Of a stretch of DNA of 64,000 nucleotides, positions 25,374 to 37,955 are shown one piece after another. The stretch's first letter is position 1, and each line of letters starts with the position of its first letter. The position numbers and the translations under genes are program-made. The notes under the pieces are model-generated. The model was not told the origin of the DNA and searched no databases. It saw nothing but the letters and a program-made list of their open reading frames with translations. Where the stretch lies: the NCBI GenBank assembly GCA_004764695.1, contig SMSO01000014.1:5756029-5820028 (forward strand). The letters run 5' to 3'. The DNA is from Schizochytrium sp. TIO01. Taxonomy: Eukaryota > Protista > Bigyra: Labyrinthulomycetes.

Positions 25374-28300
25374 CACCCTTTTCAATTAATTAAAAGGAAG
25401 TACAAGATCGACGTATACAACGAAGCATATTCGGGTCTTCTAAGTCGCTACAGCTCATCGACTCTCAATTGAAAATGGCAGTCCTTCTCTGAGCGCCTCA
25501 GTCTCAGACTCTGAATGGCCGATGCAACCGCTCCTTAGCTCGGATTTCCAGCGTCCAAGCACTCGATGGATGTCGAGATGTCTAGCTTTTGGGAAGTCCA
25601 GCCCAGCTATCAAAGCCTAAACTCGACACGCGAACTTGCTTGCGTTGAGGCGTTGGTCGAGCGTGAAGTAAACAAAACCAACCGAATACATGGACATCTC
25701 ATCTCGGGTTGCCTAAAACTGACGCGCCATAATGCATTCATTCCACATCAAAACAGACGTGGACGAAATCACGGCCTTCGCAAGAAAGCATCGGCCTTCA
25801 ATAGCCTCTGGGCTTTGTAAAGCTTGGGCCAACTTGAACTTGAAGAATCCGATAAACTAATGAGTTGATGAATGCCAATGAGAGATTCTTCCTTCCCCGT
25901 CATGACTTCATCGACCATACAGAACGTTTAGTTGCTTAGTCAGTTAGTTACCCATCCCCGCGTACCTATCTTTATTGCCGATTGGAAGAAGGAAGATAGA
26001 TATCTACCGATCTTACGATCTGTCTATCTGACATAGTCGGAACGTGCTGTTGAAGATGAAAGCATTCACCCACTCGCCCATTCATCCATCCACTCATTCG
26101 CCCATCCATTCATTCATTCATTCATCCACTCATTCATTCATTCATTTTCTGCAAACCAATCTAGTTTGGAATACCTACATGTCATCTTGATGCAACAGAG
26201 ATTTCGCATCAGCTTTGCTGCGTTGCTGGTTTTCAAAACCTACCTGAACAGTAGTAGGTACGAAGGCATTGTTGGAGGTTGCTGAATTAAGGGGACTCTA
26301 GCGCACACCTTACTTCATGTGCTCTCATCTGAAGGAAGCACCGCCGTTAGATTATTGTTGTATCCCTATCATATGATATTTACTTTACTTTATTTTAAAA
26401 ATATAAATAAACATAAAAGTAGTAACGGTAGTAAAAGAAAGGCATGTGCTACTAGAAATACGCTCTCAAGCCCTTTATGGTAGCTTTTTTTATTTTAAAA
26501 TTATTTGTTTATTATTATTATAAAAATGTTTGTTACTTTAGTATGAAATTAAACTCGTCAAATTGGCGATTTCTTATCGTTTCTAGTATCTAGGTACTAC
26601 TCGGCTCTTTTCTTCACTTGTTCGTTTTTACTTTTCTCTCTCTTCGTTCGAGTTGCTCACTCGCTCGTTCGCCCGGACGAAGAGCCTCTGAGAAAAGAAG
26701 AGAAAAGAAGAAGAGAGTAAAGAGAATAAAGAGAATAAAGAGCATAAAAAAGAATAAAAGAAGAGATTAAAAGAGATTAAAAGAGAATAAAAGAGAAGAG
26801 AAGAGAAGAGAAGAGACCAGCCCGCTCTTAGCCAGACCGGCCTTCAAACCTTCGCTGCAGCTTGACACACGCTGGAAGATTATATCTCTTCGGTCATCGA
26901 GGTCCTCGTCCAAGCGTCCCTCGACTTGCAGGACTAAGAGCACCCTCTGCCGCAGAGTACGCAAAGAAAGCAACGCAACCTGGGTCGTAGCCTGGTTCGC
27001 ACGATTTTTGTAATCTAGTCAATTAATCTACGGGTGCGCGCTTGCTGAGAAAGACATCTTCGTCGTAATAAAAACCACGTTCCATCAAAGAACAAACAAC
27101 AAACAAAGCTCTTAAACGTGATCAGCCATTAGTACACACTCCTGCACAAGCGAGCTCGCTAGGCTAGATATAGATAGCAAGCTCTAGGAAGATCTAGCAG
27201 TCACTCCTGATCAACCCGCCTTGAAGAAAGATGTGCATTGGTTATCGGCCTTTGAGTACAGCGCCTCGATTTGAAGAAACCTTCTTCAACGAGCGCAATC
27301 GACCTATGTCCACCTGCGAAAGCAATGCATCTGAATATGTTCAGGGTTAAGGTACGCATCGATCGAACAGCCTCGAGCAGCTTCGAGTCGCGTGTGAGTA
27401 CCTCGAATAGCCATTAGGCCCTTATGGGCCATTCATTCATGCACATGCTGCCTACTTTTTTGTGCAGCAACTCGCAAACTTGACTTGACTTGATTCGACT
27501 CGACCCGACTCCACTCGCTCCGGTTTGGTTTTGTGTCAGACAGACAGGCCGTCCGAAACCTTGAACTCTTCGAGCCTGAGAAGGGACCTCCTGATCGCCT
27601 TCAAGTTGGCCATGGACTTAGGTTTACAAGTTAGCAGACAGTCGATGAATGCAATAGCGGAGAGCTCTTCCTTTTCCTCCGGCTCTAACATATTACGATT
27701 GCTAGCTACTTTTATTATTATTTATGTTTTTAATTAAAATATATATTAAGGTATAAAATCAAAAAATAGAACTTCATTTTTAATTAAAACGTAATCTTTA
27801 GTCAAAAAATATAGAATCAAAGGCGCAAAACGCGACTAGCTAACAAGTGAAAATCTCGCAGAAACGACGCGCCGGCAAAGAAACGCAGAATCTGCGTTGA
27901 CTCCATCTGGTGAGAGCTAGTTGCTTGGTTAGGATAGACGTGAAGCTAGCTCCTACGCAACAGCCCCGAATGGAAACGAGAAACAAAAATTAATAAGAAA
28001 ATAAGGAAACATTCATCACTATGATGATGATTTCTTCCTCTTTTCGGGGAGTAAAATATCTTATAATGAGCAAAGCCCACTTGACTCTGGCTGAAAAGAA
28101 GTATACTCAAAAAATTGGAATGGCTATCGACTGCGGGGCCTTTAGATGTTTTGGAGAGCCCAACGAAGGCTCGCGAGCAGAGGATTACCTCAGCGTGGCT
28201 ATAAAGAGCCCAGACAACTAGGCAACGCAAGAAGACAGCCAACTACTTATACCTCGATGCTGTACCTTGGGAATTAACCTTTAAATTTAAATAAAACAAA

Positions 28301-29476
28301 TGTTTCAATTAACTATTACAAAAATTGTACAAGCGTCATGGTTTCCCTTTGTGCGCCTCCACAGTGCCCCCCGCACCTCACATTTCCCATTCAGTATGTC
28401 CCCACAGTATCGCAATTCTTTCAATGTTCGTGTTTGCTTACTCCATCTTTGATTTATGCAATCCCATTCGTTTTCTGTGAAGCGGACGAGATTGAAGACC
28501 AGACGACACGGTGGCCGTGGCGCTGGCGTTAAGATCTTGTGGAGCATTGGCAAGACTCATGCATGGCTTCATCTGAACATCGGTCTCCAGGAAATCGGCA
28601 TCGGTCTATGCAATGCCTGAAACGACACAGGAATTCCAATATACGCAATGGCGATCGGCAAGGAAAGCTATGATTTGCAACTAAAATTCATCCTAATGCA
28701 GGATGTGGAGGATGCTTAGTTGTGCTAATGATCGTATTAAACATTCTTCAATTCACTGGAGAGACGTAGCAAAAGAAATACAGCAATAATGGAAATTTCA
28801 CGCTTTCAAGACCATCACCAGAACTGCAGCCATTAAAACGAAGCCATGGATGGTGAACCTCTGGGAGGCTGTTTCGACAGACTCTGCGCGACCATTCGCT
28901 TCACTAAGATGCCATCATACATCAGAATCGTGGTATTAAATGATTTCCCTTTCACGCAATTCTATCCACTTTAGTCTCAACGTCAAATATAGCTTCTATC
29001 TACCTCCCTCCCATCCATGTTTTTCCAGTCTTTTCTTTTTGTTTAACGGGCTCTGCCTTGAAAAGGTATTCGGGGGAAGAGAATGTGAACACCTTCTAGC
29101 ATAAGGCGATATTCGAATGCAAAGGAGGCAATACGAACAGTAGTAGTTCAATTTCTTGACCATAACAAAGTTCCGTGTCACAGCTCAACTGCATCGGCCA
29201 TCCAAGATATCGTCTGCTGCAGTTGCAAAAAGTGAAATCTTCGTGATCAAAACAGAAGCAAGAAACAAGCAACAATTCCAGCCGCTTACCCTGCCATGAG
29301 CACTGGCCGCCTTCTACCTAGGTAGTATCACGCGTTGGACCAATCGTGCACAATTTAGTTTGTAAGCCTTCACTCTGAGCCACTCCACCCAACGCCCGTC
29401 TGATCCCCATTCCTCGATCTGATTTAACTTCAACCTGCATGATGCAAATATAACAGGTCTGCTATCATGCACAGGG

Positions 29477-29536
29477 ACAAACAAACAAACAAACAAACAA
29501 ACAAACAAACAAACAAACAAACAAACAAACAAACAA
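29477..29536. repeat. (ACAA)n microsatellite
   Basis: About 15 tandem units. Confidence 0.95.
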
Positions 29537-30047
29537 CAAAGCGATGTCCCTGCATCAAAGCTAAGTCACCATAAAGCCCAAGTTTGGGCTGCTCAGGGCG
29601 GATTTTTCAACTCGCATCCATTTCCATGAGAGTCTGAGACAAAAAGTGGTGGGCATTTCTTTGCCATTTCTGCAGCTGAATCGGCCGCTAAACTAGTGAC
29701 TCTCGAAAGTGGTCCAGCTTGTTAACCAAGAGCGTACTGCGAGCCGTAGCACGCTTCTAAGCTACTGTTACGAGGCAGGTCACCGCATACTTCGTTCGTA
29801 CGAACCCCTTAGTGCGTGCTAGGCGCGGCCTAGGGCGCTCGCTGCCTTCTTATGTTGATAGGAAAGAGGCACTGCGATCGCTGAGGATTTCTACATGATG
29901 AGTTAGAATGTATCGAGAGCGACCTGGAATTATGTATCATGGCTTCTCAAGAACGGAAAGTCGATTGATTTATTATCATTCAGGATCTACGCGTGTATGC
30001 ATCTATGTATGTATGTATGTATGTATGTATGTTTTGGTCTTCAACGA

Positions 30048-31010
30048 TGGCCGGTGGCAGCGCCAAGGACAGGCAGGAGAGCTTCAGAGCCCGTCTGGTT
30101 TGGAGAGAGCGTGAGCGATTTCAGGTTTCTTTAGAGCAGCCATTTTCTCAGGATCAGGAGCAGCTCGTTGATGTGGTTGATAAATTTAACTTGTCCCAGC
30201 AAAACTTGCGTCTTGAAATTCTGTTTGGCACCAGGGTTGGAGTTTAGAACAGAAACTAACTAGCTCCGCTACCCAAGCCAACCAGGCTCCACCTCCCATC
30301 AACTTTCTGCTGCCGATGCCGGTGCTTGCTTCTCGTGGCGCGCCATCGTATGGTCTCGCAGTCCAAGCGAAGCAAGCCGCCTTCACCTCCCAAAGCTCTT
30401 AAAGATGTTCTGCGCTGTCAGCAATTCCGCGCGAGGCAGAGCAAGACAAGTCTGGCTCGAGGTGTGCGAGCGTGAACCTGGAACTCGCTCGCTCGCCACC
30501 ATCGTGCAAGCCCAGGTTGCCTGACCGAGCACGCAAACGCGAGTGCTGTCCTTGGCTGGACACAGCTGCCAGGAAAGCAAGCGAGCAAGGCTCGGGGCGG
30601 TGGAAATCTTGACGTGCGCGGTGAAGTTTAATTGCCAAAGAGTGCCCTCGGCGCTGATCCGCGCTCCCCGTCACAGTGGCCCACAGCTACGCTTTGCGAG
30701 CGCAGAGCCGAGTGGGGATTTCACAGCGCAGAGCTTCGCCTGCTGAGGGAGGCCTCCTTCCTCCAACGTAAACACTTCATTATCTTGTCTCAGCGAGAGA
30801 ATCCATCTTTCGAAGACGGTGGAAATCCAAGTGCCAAGCGCGAACAAGTCCTGGAAAACGAGCTCGGCCGCTGGGATGGCGCTACTCGATCTCAGACCGC
30901 TCACCGCAGAGGCCTGGATCTTCTTCGATGAGAGGATGGTCATCAAGAAACGACAAGGCCAAGTGACTCTATCGTCTCTGATTCACTGGGCGTCGGGCTT
31001 GTAGTGGATG
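30048..31010 (+). pseudogene. Possible fragmented GC-rich gene or pseudogene
   Basis: Starts MAGGSAKDRQESFRARLVWRERERFQVSLEQ.. and continues as several protein-like frames broken by stops. No family recognised. Confidence 0.25.
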
Positions 31011-32942
31011 GTAATCCCAAACACGAGTTGATGCTCATGCACCTCCTTTTCATGCGCAAATTGATGCCATTACTACTCCTGCTGCTGCTGCTGCCGATGC
31101 TGATGCTGGCGCAATATTTGAGCGTCTCAAAGAAATGCGGATTCAGAGGCACTGTTATTGCGGGTGTCGTCCGTTGAAGCATCATCGTCGTTTCGTGTAT
31201 ATGAACGAGTAAGAGGGGAGGGAGCCAGAAATTGCGATACATCAGAAATGAGCGCCCAAAACGCAAGTTTTTCTTTATATTGCGCTGCCCCTCATCTGGA
31301 CTAACAAATTGCTGAAAACCTGCTCGTTCGTAAACGTGAAATGAGTTCAAGATCATAAAGCGGTTCCCAAAACTCAGCCGATCTTTCCATTCCTGGGCAA
31401 TCTGAATCAGAAGAAATCTGGACTAATTAAAGTGTTGTATTCAGAAGACGAGTTTCGATGAACTACTAAACTCGCGTCCGTTTGTAGCGTGCAGCACTAA
31501 TCAAAACTATCAAAAATACTTTTTGTTTATCTTTTCGATACTTTCTTAAGGTTTCAGTATCCATGAAACAATTGGTTGAATAGGACAGAGTGACCTTCAG
31601 ATGGAACTTGCACAAGCGCAAAAACGGACGTTCATACTTCCATTACTGTTCCTTTTGTTGAAACAACTTCGAGCCTGTTGAATTCGAGCCCACCGAGAAA
31701 CCGAACGTCTTTCATGTCCAATCGACATCGAGGTTTCGAGTTAAGTTTTGTGCATGTTCATGAAAAAACTGCGCAATTTTAGATTACACGTCCGTCTGTG
31801 GAAATACTTCAATCCATTCCAATCCCGCTGCGATCGCCCAACCAGCTTCCTCGCCGTCCGTTCTACTTGCGTTCCTTACGCCGCCTTTGCTTTGGCTTCT
31901 TCCTCTAGAGCTACTTAGGCAACAGCCTCTATATTGTACACGGTGAAAATCTCTAGCCCGATACTCGAAGGCTTCCTGAAACACTGAATAAAATCCAGCC
32001 AGCCTCCCATTACTTCAAGTTCATGCCACCCACAAACTCTTTTGTACAAAGCTCGGAGTATGGAATTATCTGCTTCCTCCGAGCCAATCGGTACTGCATG
32101 TCCAATCTTCAATAAAACACCTAAATCTCATGGCCTCTCGTTGTTTCTGCCGTACTTGTGCACACAGAATTGGCTTCCTGTATACAATTCTACTTCAAGT
32201 CTGGTTCCTGCTCCGAGTCGTTCATTATTTTACAGCAAGGAGGAAAAATCTCCAGATCTCTGGCAAAAGTTCCGCATGTTCCAACTATTCCAATTGTTCT
32301 CATTACTCATCCATGCCTTCAAGGCTGTCAAGATTCGGCCCCTCTGAAGTTTTGCTCATTCTCTCTCTAGAGAGACTAGAGTAACTTGCCTATGCGCCAG
32401 TCCTCGTCGCGTGTTTCTACAAACCACTAAGCCTATTCTGACCTCAGCTCCTCCCCGCCTCATGCAGTCCAAGTCTTTGGGAGAATGAATTACCAATTCT
32501 GATCATCTATTACACACCCCTATGTTTTCAACTTTTTCCCACGCTATTTTCACGACACGATGGTCAACTTTCTAATTAAAGAAATCACGCATAGTTGATA
32601 GCAGCAGTAGCAGTTACTTAGGCAGGCAGCATGCGGCGAAATATGTGTATTATTATGCTTTTACCTTCTGCTGTAGGCTCGATATTCTTATTGTGTAATA
32701 GTGCTGATGAGTGCTGATGTAAAGGTTAGTAGGAGTCCTAACAGAGAGAAAGAGCGAAAGACTTAACTAAGCTATCGAAGGAGCAGAAAGTGGAGTAGTA
32801 AGTATCATCGCGGAAAGAGCGCAGGACCACAAGGAGCAGAAGCGAAAGGAGAGCAAAGGCACGGCGGTCTGCACTAGACTTGCAGGGTCAGGGCAGTCGG
32901 CATCGCCGGGCGTGTTTTTCGCTTTAACTTTGGGGCGAGAAG

Positions 32943-33515
32943 ATGGACTTGACGGGCCAATGGGAGCTCGACAAGGAGCGCAGCGAGAGCATGTACCCGC
33001 ACATGAAGGCGCTCGGGTGCGATGAGATCGCCGCCCTTGCTTCTGAGAAGCTTAACCTGAAGATGCATGTCGTGCAGACTAGCGATATGCTCTCAGTGTG
33101 GCAGCAGTCACAGCTCGGCGTGGTACACCGTTCGCTGCACATTGGCCAGGACACGCAGGAGTCCTCATCGCAGGGTGACCGCAAGGTCTGGGTCACCATT
33201 GGACCCAAAGAGATCACCGTCGACACCAAATTCAAAAATGGACGCCTCCTCGACACTCGCACGCTTGACAGAGATCGTGCCACCGGGGATACCATCATGT
33301 GCACAACCATGACGCTCACCATTCGGCAGCCGTCCAACACAGTACGCACGCGCCGCTACTTCCGTAGAGTCGGCGAGCCAGACCCTGAGATCGTCAACAT
33401 GCCTGTTGACCAGATCGCGACGCTCGCAGGACTCCCGCCCCCGACGGCACAGCCTAGTCAGTCGCAGGGCCAGCTCGGAGGTGCATCAGCAGGAGCCTCT
33501 GGCGCAGCAATGTAA
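32943..33515 (+). CDS. Calycin / fatty-acid-binding-protein-like protein (190 aa)
   Basis: N-terminal LTGQWEL (GxW) followed by a helical MKALG segment as in FABPs, alternating beta-strand pattern, C-terminal TRRYFRR, then a low-complexity tail. Strongly GC3-biased codons. Confidence 0.7.
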   Translation: MDLTGQWELDKERSESMYPHMKALGCDEIAALASEKLNLKMHVVQTSDMLSVWQQSQLGVVHRSLHIGQDTQESSSQGDRKVWVTIGPKEITVDTKFKNGRLLDTRTLDRDRATGDTIMCTTMTLTIRQPSNTVRTRRYFRRVGEPDPEIVNMPVDQIATLAGLPPPTAQPSQSQGQLGGASAGASGAAM

Positions 33516-34604
33516 TGGAGCCGCCTTCCTCGACCTACCATAGTTTCCAAGGTTTCCAAAATGGAATTGGGGTTTTTTGCACTGCATAGCCTTGCGTCCA
33601 TTTGATACACACCTCTAGACTTCTCAAAGGGTGTATCAGATTATGAAGTATTGGCCAGCTTGCGAAAATGCTTAACCATTGGTATCTTTATTTTGGAAAT
33701 GTTTTGAGGAAAACGAATCAAAGACAAGACAATTAAACAGTTTGCTCTTGCCGCTGCGCGCTTTGGCTGGGCTTGCCACGCTGCGCTGCTACCTTCTTAC
33801 TTTCTATGACTTTGTGTAATTTACTTGCCGTGCGAAGGTTGACCGCGATGCGGTTTGTTATTCTACACCTTCATCTTAGGGAGTAATCTAGGCTATAGAT
33901 AGCACAAGAAGTGGTTGACGGCGAAGTTGCACACGCACCTATCACACATTAGACATACGTTTTATCAATATCACACAAAGAGCGTCCGCTTTTTGCAATC
34001 CGGAAAATAAATAAACTGCATGCAGAACAGAAGTTACGACCCGAGTTCACTCTCTTGACGAATGCGCTGATGCGTCATGTCATTTTCCCAGACTTAGACT
34101 TAATCTAATCCTTTTTATAAACCTGGAATAATAGATCTTCTTGAGCCGTGAAATTGTTCCAGCTGATACTACTTTTACTATTCAATGCTGCTTTGATGAA
34201 CAGAAACCAGCAATCTAAATCCTAGCATATGGGCAGCAACCATGTTATAATTACTTTGAACCAGGCCCATGCACAAATGTCATGTCAAGTTTGTTGACAA
34301 CACGTCTCCCCTAATCTAGTTGCACTCCTTTTGTATAATTTATGGAACTGTGACTTACTTAGGATAGTTTTCTTTTTAATTGTTCACAACTAATTCCATT
34401 GATTTAAAAAAATTGGTAGATAGATGCTATGCAAATACTCCTAGATAAAGCAATACCGCATACCAAGTGGTGCGTACGAAATAAATCGTATCGGAAAAAG
34501 AAAATTATGTCTGGCCTTTCTAGATTTACAGATGGTGGTTTTTAACGGTGTGTAGAGTTGTAGGCTTGATCTTCTTGATTCGGTTGAAAAGAACTCGTAA
34601 ATAT

Positions 34605-37600
34605 CTAATTTTCATCATCTTCGAGCTCCTCACGGAGAGCCGTGAGATCCGAACGTTCCCCACGAATACGTCGAGTCTCACGGTCAGTAGCAGAGCGCAC
34701 ATAAGCATGCTTAAGTTCAAGTTCGTGCTGCTTGCGCAAAAGCTCGTCCTCCACGGCCTGGTCTGAGCGACGCTGCTCATCAAGAGCAAGAAGTTGATCC
34801 TGAAGTTCCTGCTCTTCTTTATCGAGCTGAAGACGGGTTTCCCGGATCTTGCGCTCGGCTTGAAGCTCAAAGTCACGAAGATTTTGCTCTTGCTGGAGCA
34901 TCTCTAAACGCATATCACGCTGCTGTGCGTCCCGGAGAGCCTTGCGCCTTTCATCGGCAAGAAGTTGCGCGCGCTCGGCGGCGACACCCTCTGTCCAAGA
35001 TTTGTACTGATCATTAATGCGAGACTTTGCTCTTTGCTCCTCTTCAGCCAGCAGGCGTTCTGCCTCTAGTTTCTTATCAAGATCCTGGTGGAAAGTCTGG
35101 GATACATCTTGCTTGAAAGTACGTACCTGTCGCTCTCGCTCAAGCGCGGCAATTTTAAGCTGTGACTCCATCTGCTGCACAGAAAATTTGCTCTCAAGTT
35201 GACGGCGTGCCAATGAGATCTCCTTGAGTCGTGCGTCTCTTGCACTTTGCTCTGATTTCAGCTCACGCTCGATCCGCATTTTCTCATCCTCAACTTTCCA
35301 AGCATGCTCTTTAAGACGCCAGTCAAGCTCACCTTGCTTGGTCATTCTTGCGCTAGAAAGTCGTACATCCTGCATCTCTTGCTCGAGCAATCGCTCAGCG
35401 TGAATCTTTTGCAGTTTAAGCGCTGCATCTGTCTCGAGTGCTTGGATACGCTCCTCTTCGCGATGCGCTTGCATCTCGAGCTCGCGCAGGCGCTCCTGGT
35501 GGTCTAACTCTGCCTGAGTACGCGCAGCCTCCGCCTGTCGGAGCTGCTGCTGCAAGGACAAGTTGTCCTTGGCCAAATCTTCCATCTTTTCAATGCGCTC
35601 GAGCCGCCGCAGACGAGTTGCACGATCGAGTTTTTCTTTTTCTTGCAGACGTTTTTCTTGCGCAGCGGTCTGCTCAGCGCGACGTTTGTCTTCCTGCTTA
35701 AGGAGCTGCTCTTGGAGTCGCTTATAGCTTTGTTCTTGCTCCTCAAGCTCAGCTGTCTTTTTCCGCAAATCTTCAACATAGTCTCTCCGCTCTGCCAACA
35801 AAGCTTCCTCAGCAGCGATGCGTTTTCGTTCCTGACTTTCGTAGTCCACAGTAAAGCGAGGATATGACTGAAATGCTGGATAAGTGTTTCCACAAGGCAG
35901 GATACGTGGGCCATCATCCCGTTGACGACCCTCCTGCTGCTTGTAAGCCTTTTCCTCAAAAGATTCCCAAAAACTGCGGTATTTAGTGCCACGACAGAGT
36001 GCCATTGTGGTCTTTATCCATCGGCGTGCGTCAATTGGATTTGGTCTTCGGAAAAAACCTTCCAAGTCATGCTTGCGACGAAGAGACAAAATACTATTAC
36101 GAAAGTAACGAAGATAGGATACCACCGCAGCCTCAAGGAACCATGATGGAGAGAAATCCTCACGAGAAAAGTCTTTGTGCACTTGCATTACAATGTGGTC
36201 CCAAAGGCGAAGCCAATCTCGCTTATCCAAGACCTCACTAAAGAGACTTCGAAGCATAGGCCAAGCATACTCTCCACTCGAGATCTCACGCTCCACGAGA
36301 TGTTCGAGCAGGCTTGGGTCTACAATTTCGAGAAGCTTCTCGACTCTCGCCAGCACGAAGACTGGCATGTGAGGAAAACTCTCGAACCAGTGTCCGCAAC
36401 AACGGAAGAGAATCAGCATGACAGTTTCAAAGGCTGCTAATTCATCGTATTCATACAAGCGTACAAAGGGGTAGGCCATGGCGGGAAGGTAAGATGTTTC
36501 CTCGAAAACAGGACACCAATGCGCAAATGCAAAGAGCACCCTTTCAAGACGACTGAAAACTTTGCGGCTCTTAACAGGGAACCGCTCATACAGAGAATTT
36601 GCCCACGCCGGATGAGGGCCCTGGCGAGTCAAATTGGCGTATGCATCAGCGTTCTCGGGTAGGCGCAAAAGAAACCTCCAAACAAGGGTTCGATATTTCT
36701 CAGGAAACTCGCCAAAGTGCTCGAGGGTACGCTGCAGCTGCTGTGCATTGAGTGACTTGTCTTGCTTATTCAGGTTTCGTGCAAGACGAACCAGCGGTGG
36801 GGTGCGGGGCTCTTGTCCATAACCGCTGGTGGTGTCATCGACAACGAGTTTTTCGGCACGTCGTACAGTTTGTGCAGGAATTACACCGCGTGTGTCCATC
36901 ACAAAGGGGCGACGCGTATTCCGAGTTGAGGTGAACTTGTCTGCTGCGTCCAGGTCATGCAGAGTGAGCTCACCTTTGCTAGTACATATGGCCACAATGG
37001 ATCCACTGACATCAAAGGAAACCGCAACATCTGTGGCAATGTGCATGACTGACCGCGCATCACCGCGCCCCAGGACCTGCAAGACGCGCACAACGCCATC
37101 ATCGCCGAGCACAAGTACTTTAAAGTCATCCTCTACAAATTTGATCTGCACCACCGCTGTGACTTGGCTCGGAAGCTCTATTACCCGAATCAACGCCTGA
37201 GTCCTCAACTCCCACACAAAAAGTTTACCCGGCGCTCCTCCAACAACATACTTTGAGTCCGGCGATACTGCAATGCACGACAGCGCCGCCTCCTCTTGAG
37301 TCTGCAGCCTCACCAGGAGCTCAAACTCGTGAGCTCCCCATCCTAGCACCGACCCGTTTCTGAATGCTACCAACACAAGGTCTCCTCTTCCCGTGAACAC
37401 CACTTGCACTACGCCAAGGCCTCCGCCGCCTAAGCTCTTAACGCGCCGCCAGTTCTCCGTCTCCCACAAAATTACACGCTCCGCTGAAGCCGTCGCCGCC
37501 AGAGATCCACTCGGATGGTATGCCACACTGCATACAGTAGACGAGTGGCCTCGTAGCTCTGCACTATCCTGCGTGGCCCCTTCGCCGTCATCATACTCCG

Positions 37601-37955
37601 AAATGGGAATTCGCAGCGCCCCGTTCGCTGCTTGGAGTCCAACAAGAATTTCACGCGGGTTGGCTCCAGGAGCGATAGCAATCACGTCGGGGCGCGGCGC
37701 GAGAGAGGAGAGACGACGAAAGGCACCGGAGAGTGCGTGTATAGCGAATAGGTCCCCACGGTGGGTGGCAGCAATGACTAGGGCGCCGCGACGTGCGATT
37801 GAGTTCGCGATGAAGCGACCGCGGTCGCCGGCGTTGACCACAGCAAAGCGGCCGCCATCGCGCAGGCCTGAAGGACGACGCGAGAAGAGCAAGCCGGAAC
37901 GCGAACCACCTACTGAAGTGGACACTTCCGAACTGGTGCCCGTGCTCGACACCAT
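34605..37955 (-). CDS. TBC1D31: TBC1 domain family member 31 (WDR67)-like: WD40 + Rab-GAP TBC + coiled coil (1116 aa)
   Basis: WD40 repeats (LRGHSSTVCSVAYHPSG..), LEHFGEFPEKYRTLVWRFLLRLPEN, WLRLWDH, long C-terminal coiled coil. Confidence 0.88.
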   Translation of the reverse strand: MVSSTGTSSEVSTSVGGSRSGLLFSRRPSGLRDGGRFAVVNAGDRGRFIANSIARRGALVIAATHRGDLFAIHALSGAFRRLSSLAPRPDVIAIAPGANPREILVGLQAANGALRIPISEYDDGEGATQDSAELRGHSSTVCSVAYHPSGSLAATASAERVILWETENWRRVKSLGGGGLGVVQVVFTGRGDLVLVAFRNGSVLGWGAHEFELLVRLQTQEEAALSCIAVSPDSKYVVGGAPGKLFVWELRTQALIRVIELPSQVTAVVQIKFVEDDFKVLVLGDDGVVRVLQVLGRGDARSVMHIATDVAVSFDVSGSIVAICTSKGELTLHDLDAADKFTSTRNTRRPFVMDTRGVIPAQTVRRAEKLVVDDTTSGYGQEPRTPPLVRLARNLNKQDKSLNAQQLQRTLEHFGEFPEKYRTLVWRFLLRLPENADAYANLTRQGPHPAWANSLYERFPVKSRKVFSRLERVLFAFAHWCPVFEETSYLPAMAYPFVRLYEYDELAAFETVMLILFRCCGHWFESFPHMPVFVLARVEKLLEIVDPSLLEHLVEREISSGEYAWPMLRSLFSEVLDKRDWLRLWDHIVMQVHKDFSREDFSPSWFLEAAVVSYLRYFRNSILSLRRKHDLEGFFRRPNPIDARRWIKTTMALCRGTKYRSFWESFEEKAYKQQEGRQRDDGPRILPCGNTYPAFQSYPRFTVDYESQERKRIAAEEALLAERRDYVEDLRKKTAELEEQEQSYKRLQEQLLKQEDKRRAEQTAAQEKRLQEKEKLDRATRLRRLERIEKMEDLAKDNLSLQQQLRQAEAARTQAELDHQERLRELEMQAHREEERIQALETDAALKLQKIHAERLLEQEMQDVRLSSARMTKQGELDWRLKEHAWKVEDEKMRIERELKSEQSARDARLKEISLARRQLESKFSVQQMESQLKIAALERERQVRTFKQDVSQTFHQDLDKKLEAERLLAEEEQRAKSRINDQYKSWTEGVAAERAQLLADERRKALRDAQQRDMRLEMLQQEQNLRDFELQAERKIRETRLQLDKEEQELQDQLLALDEQRRSDQAVEDELLRKQHELELKHAYVRSATDRETRRIRGERSDLTALREELEDDEN

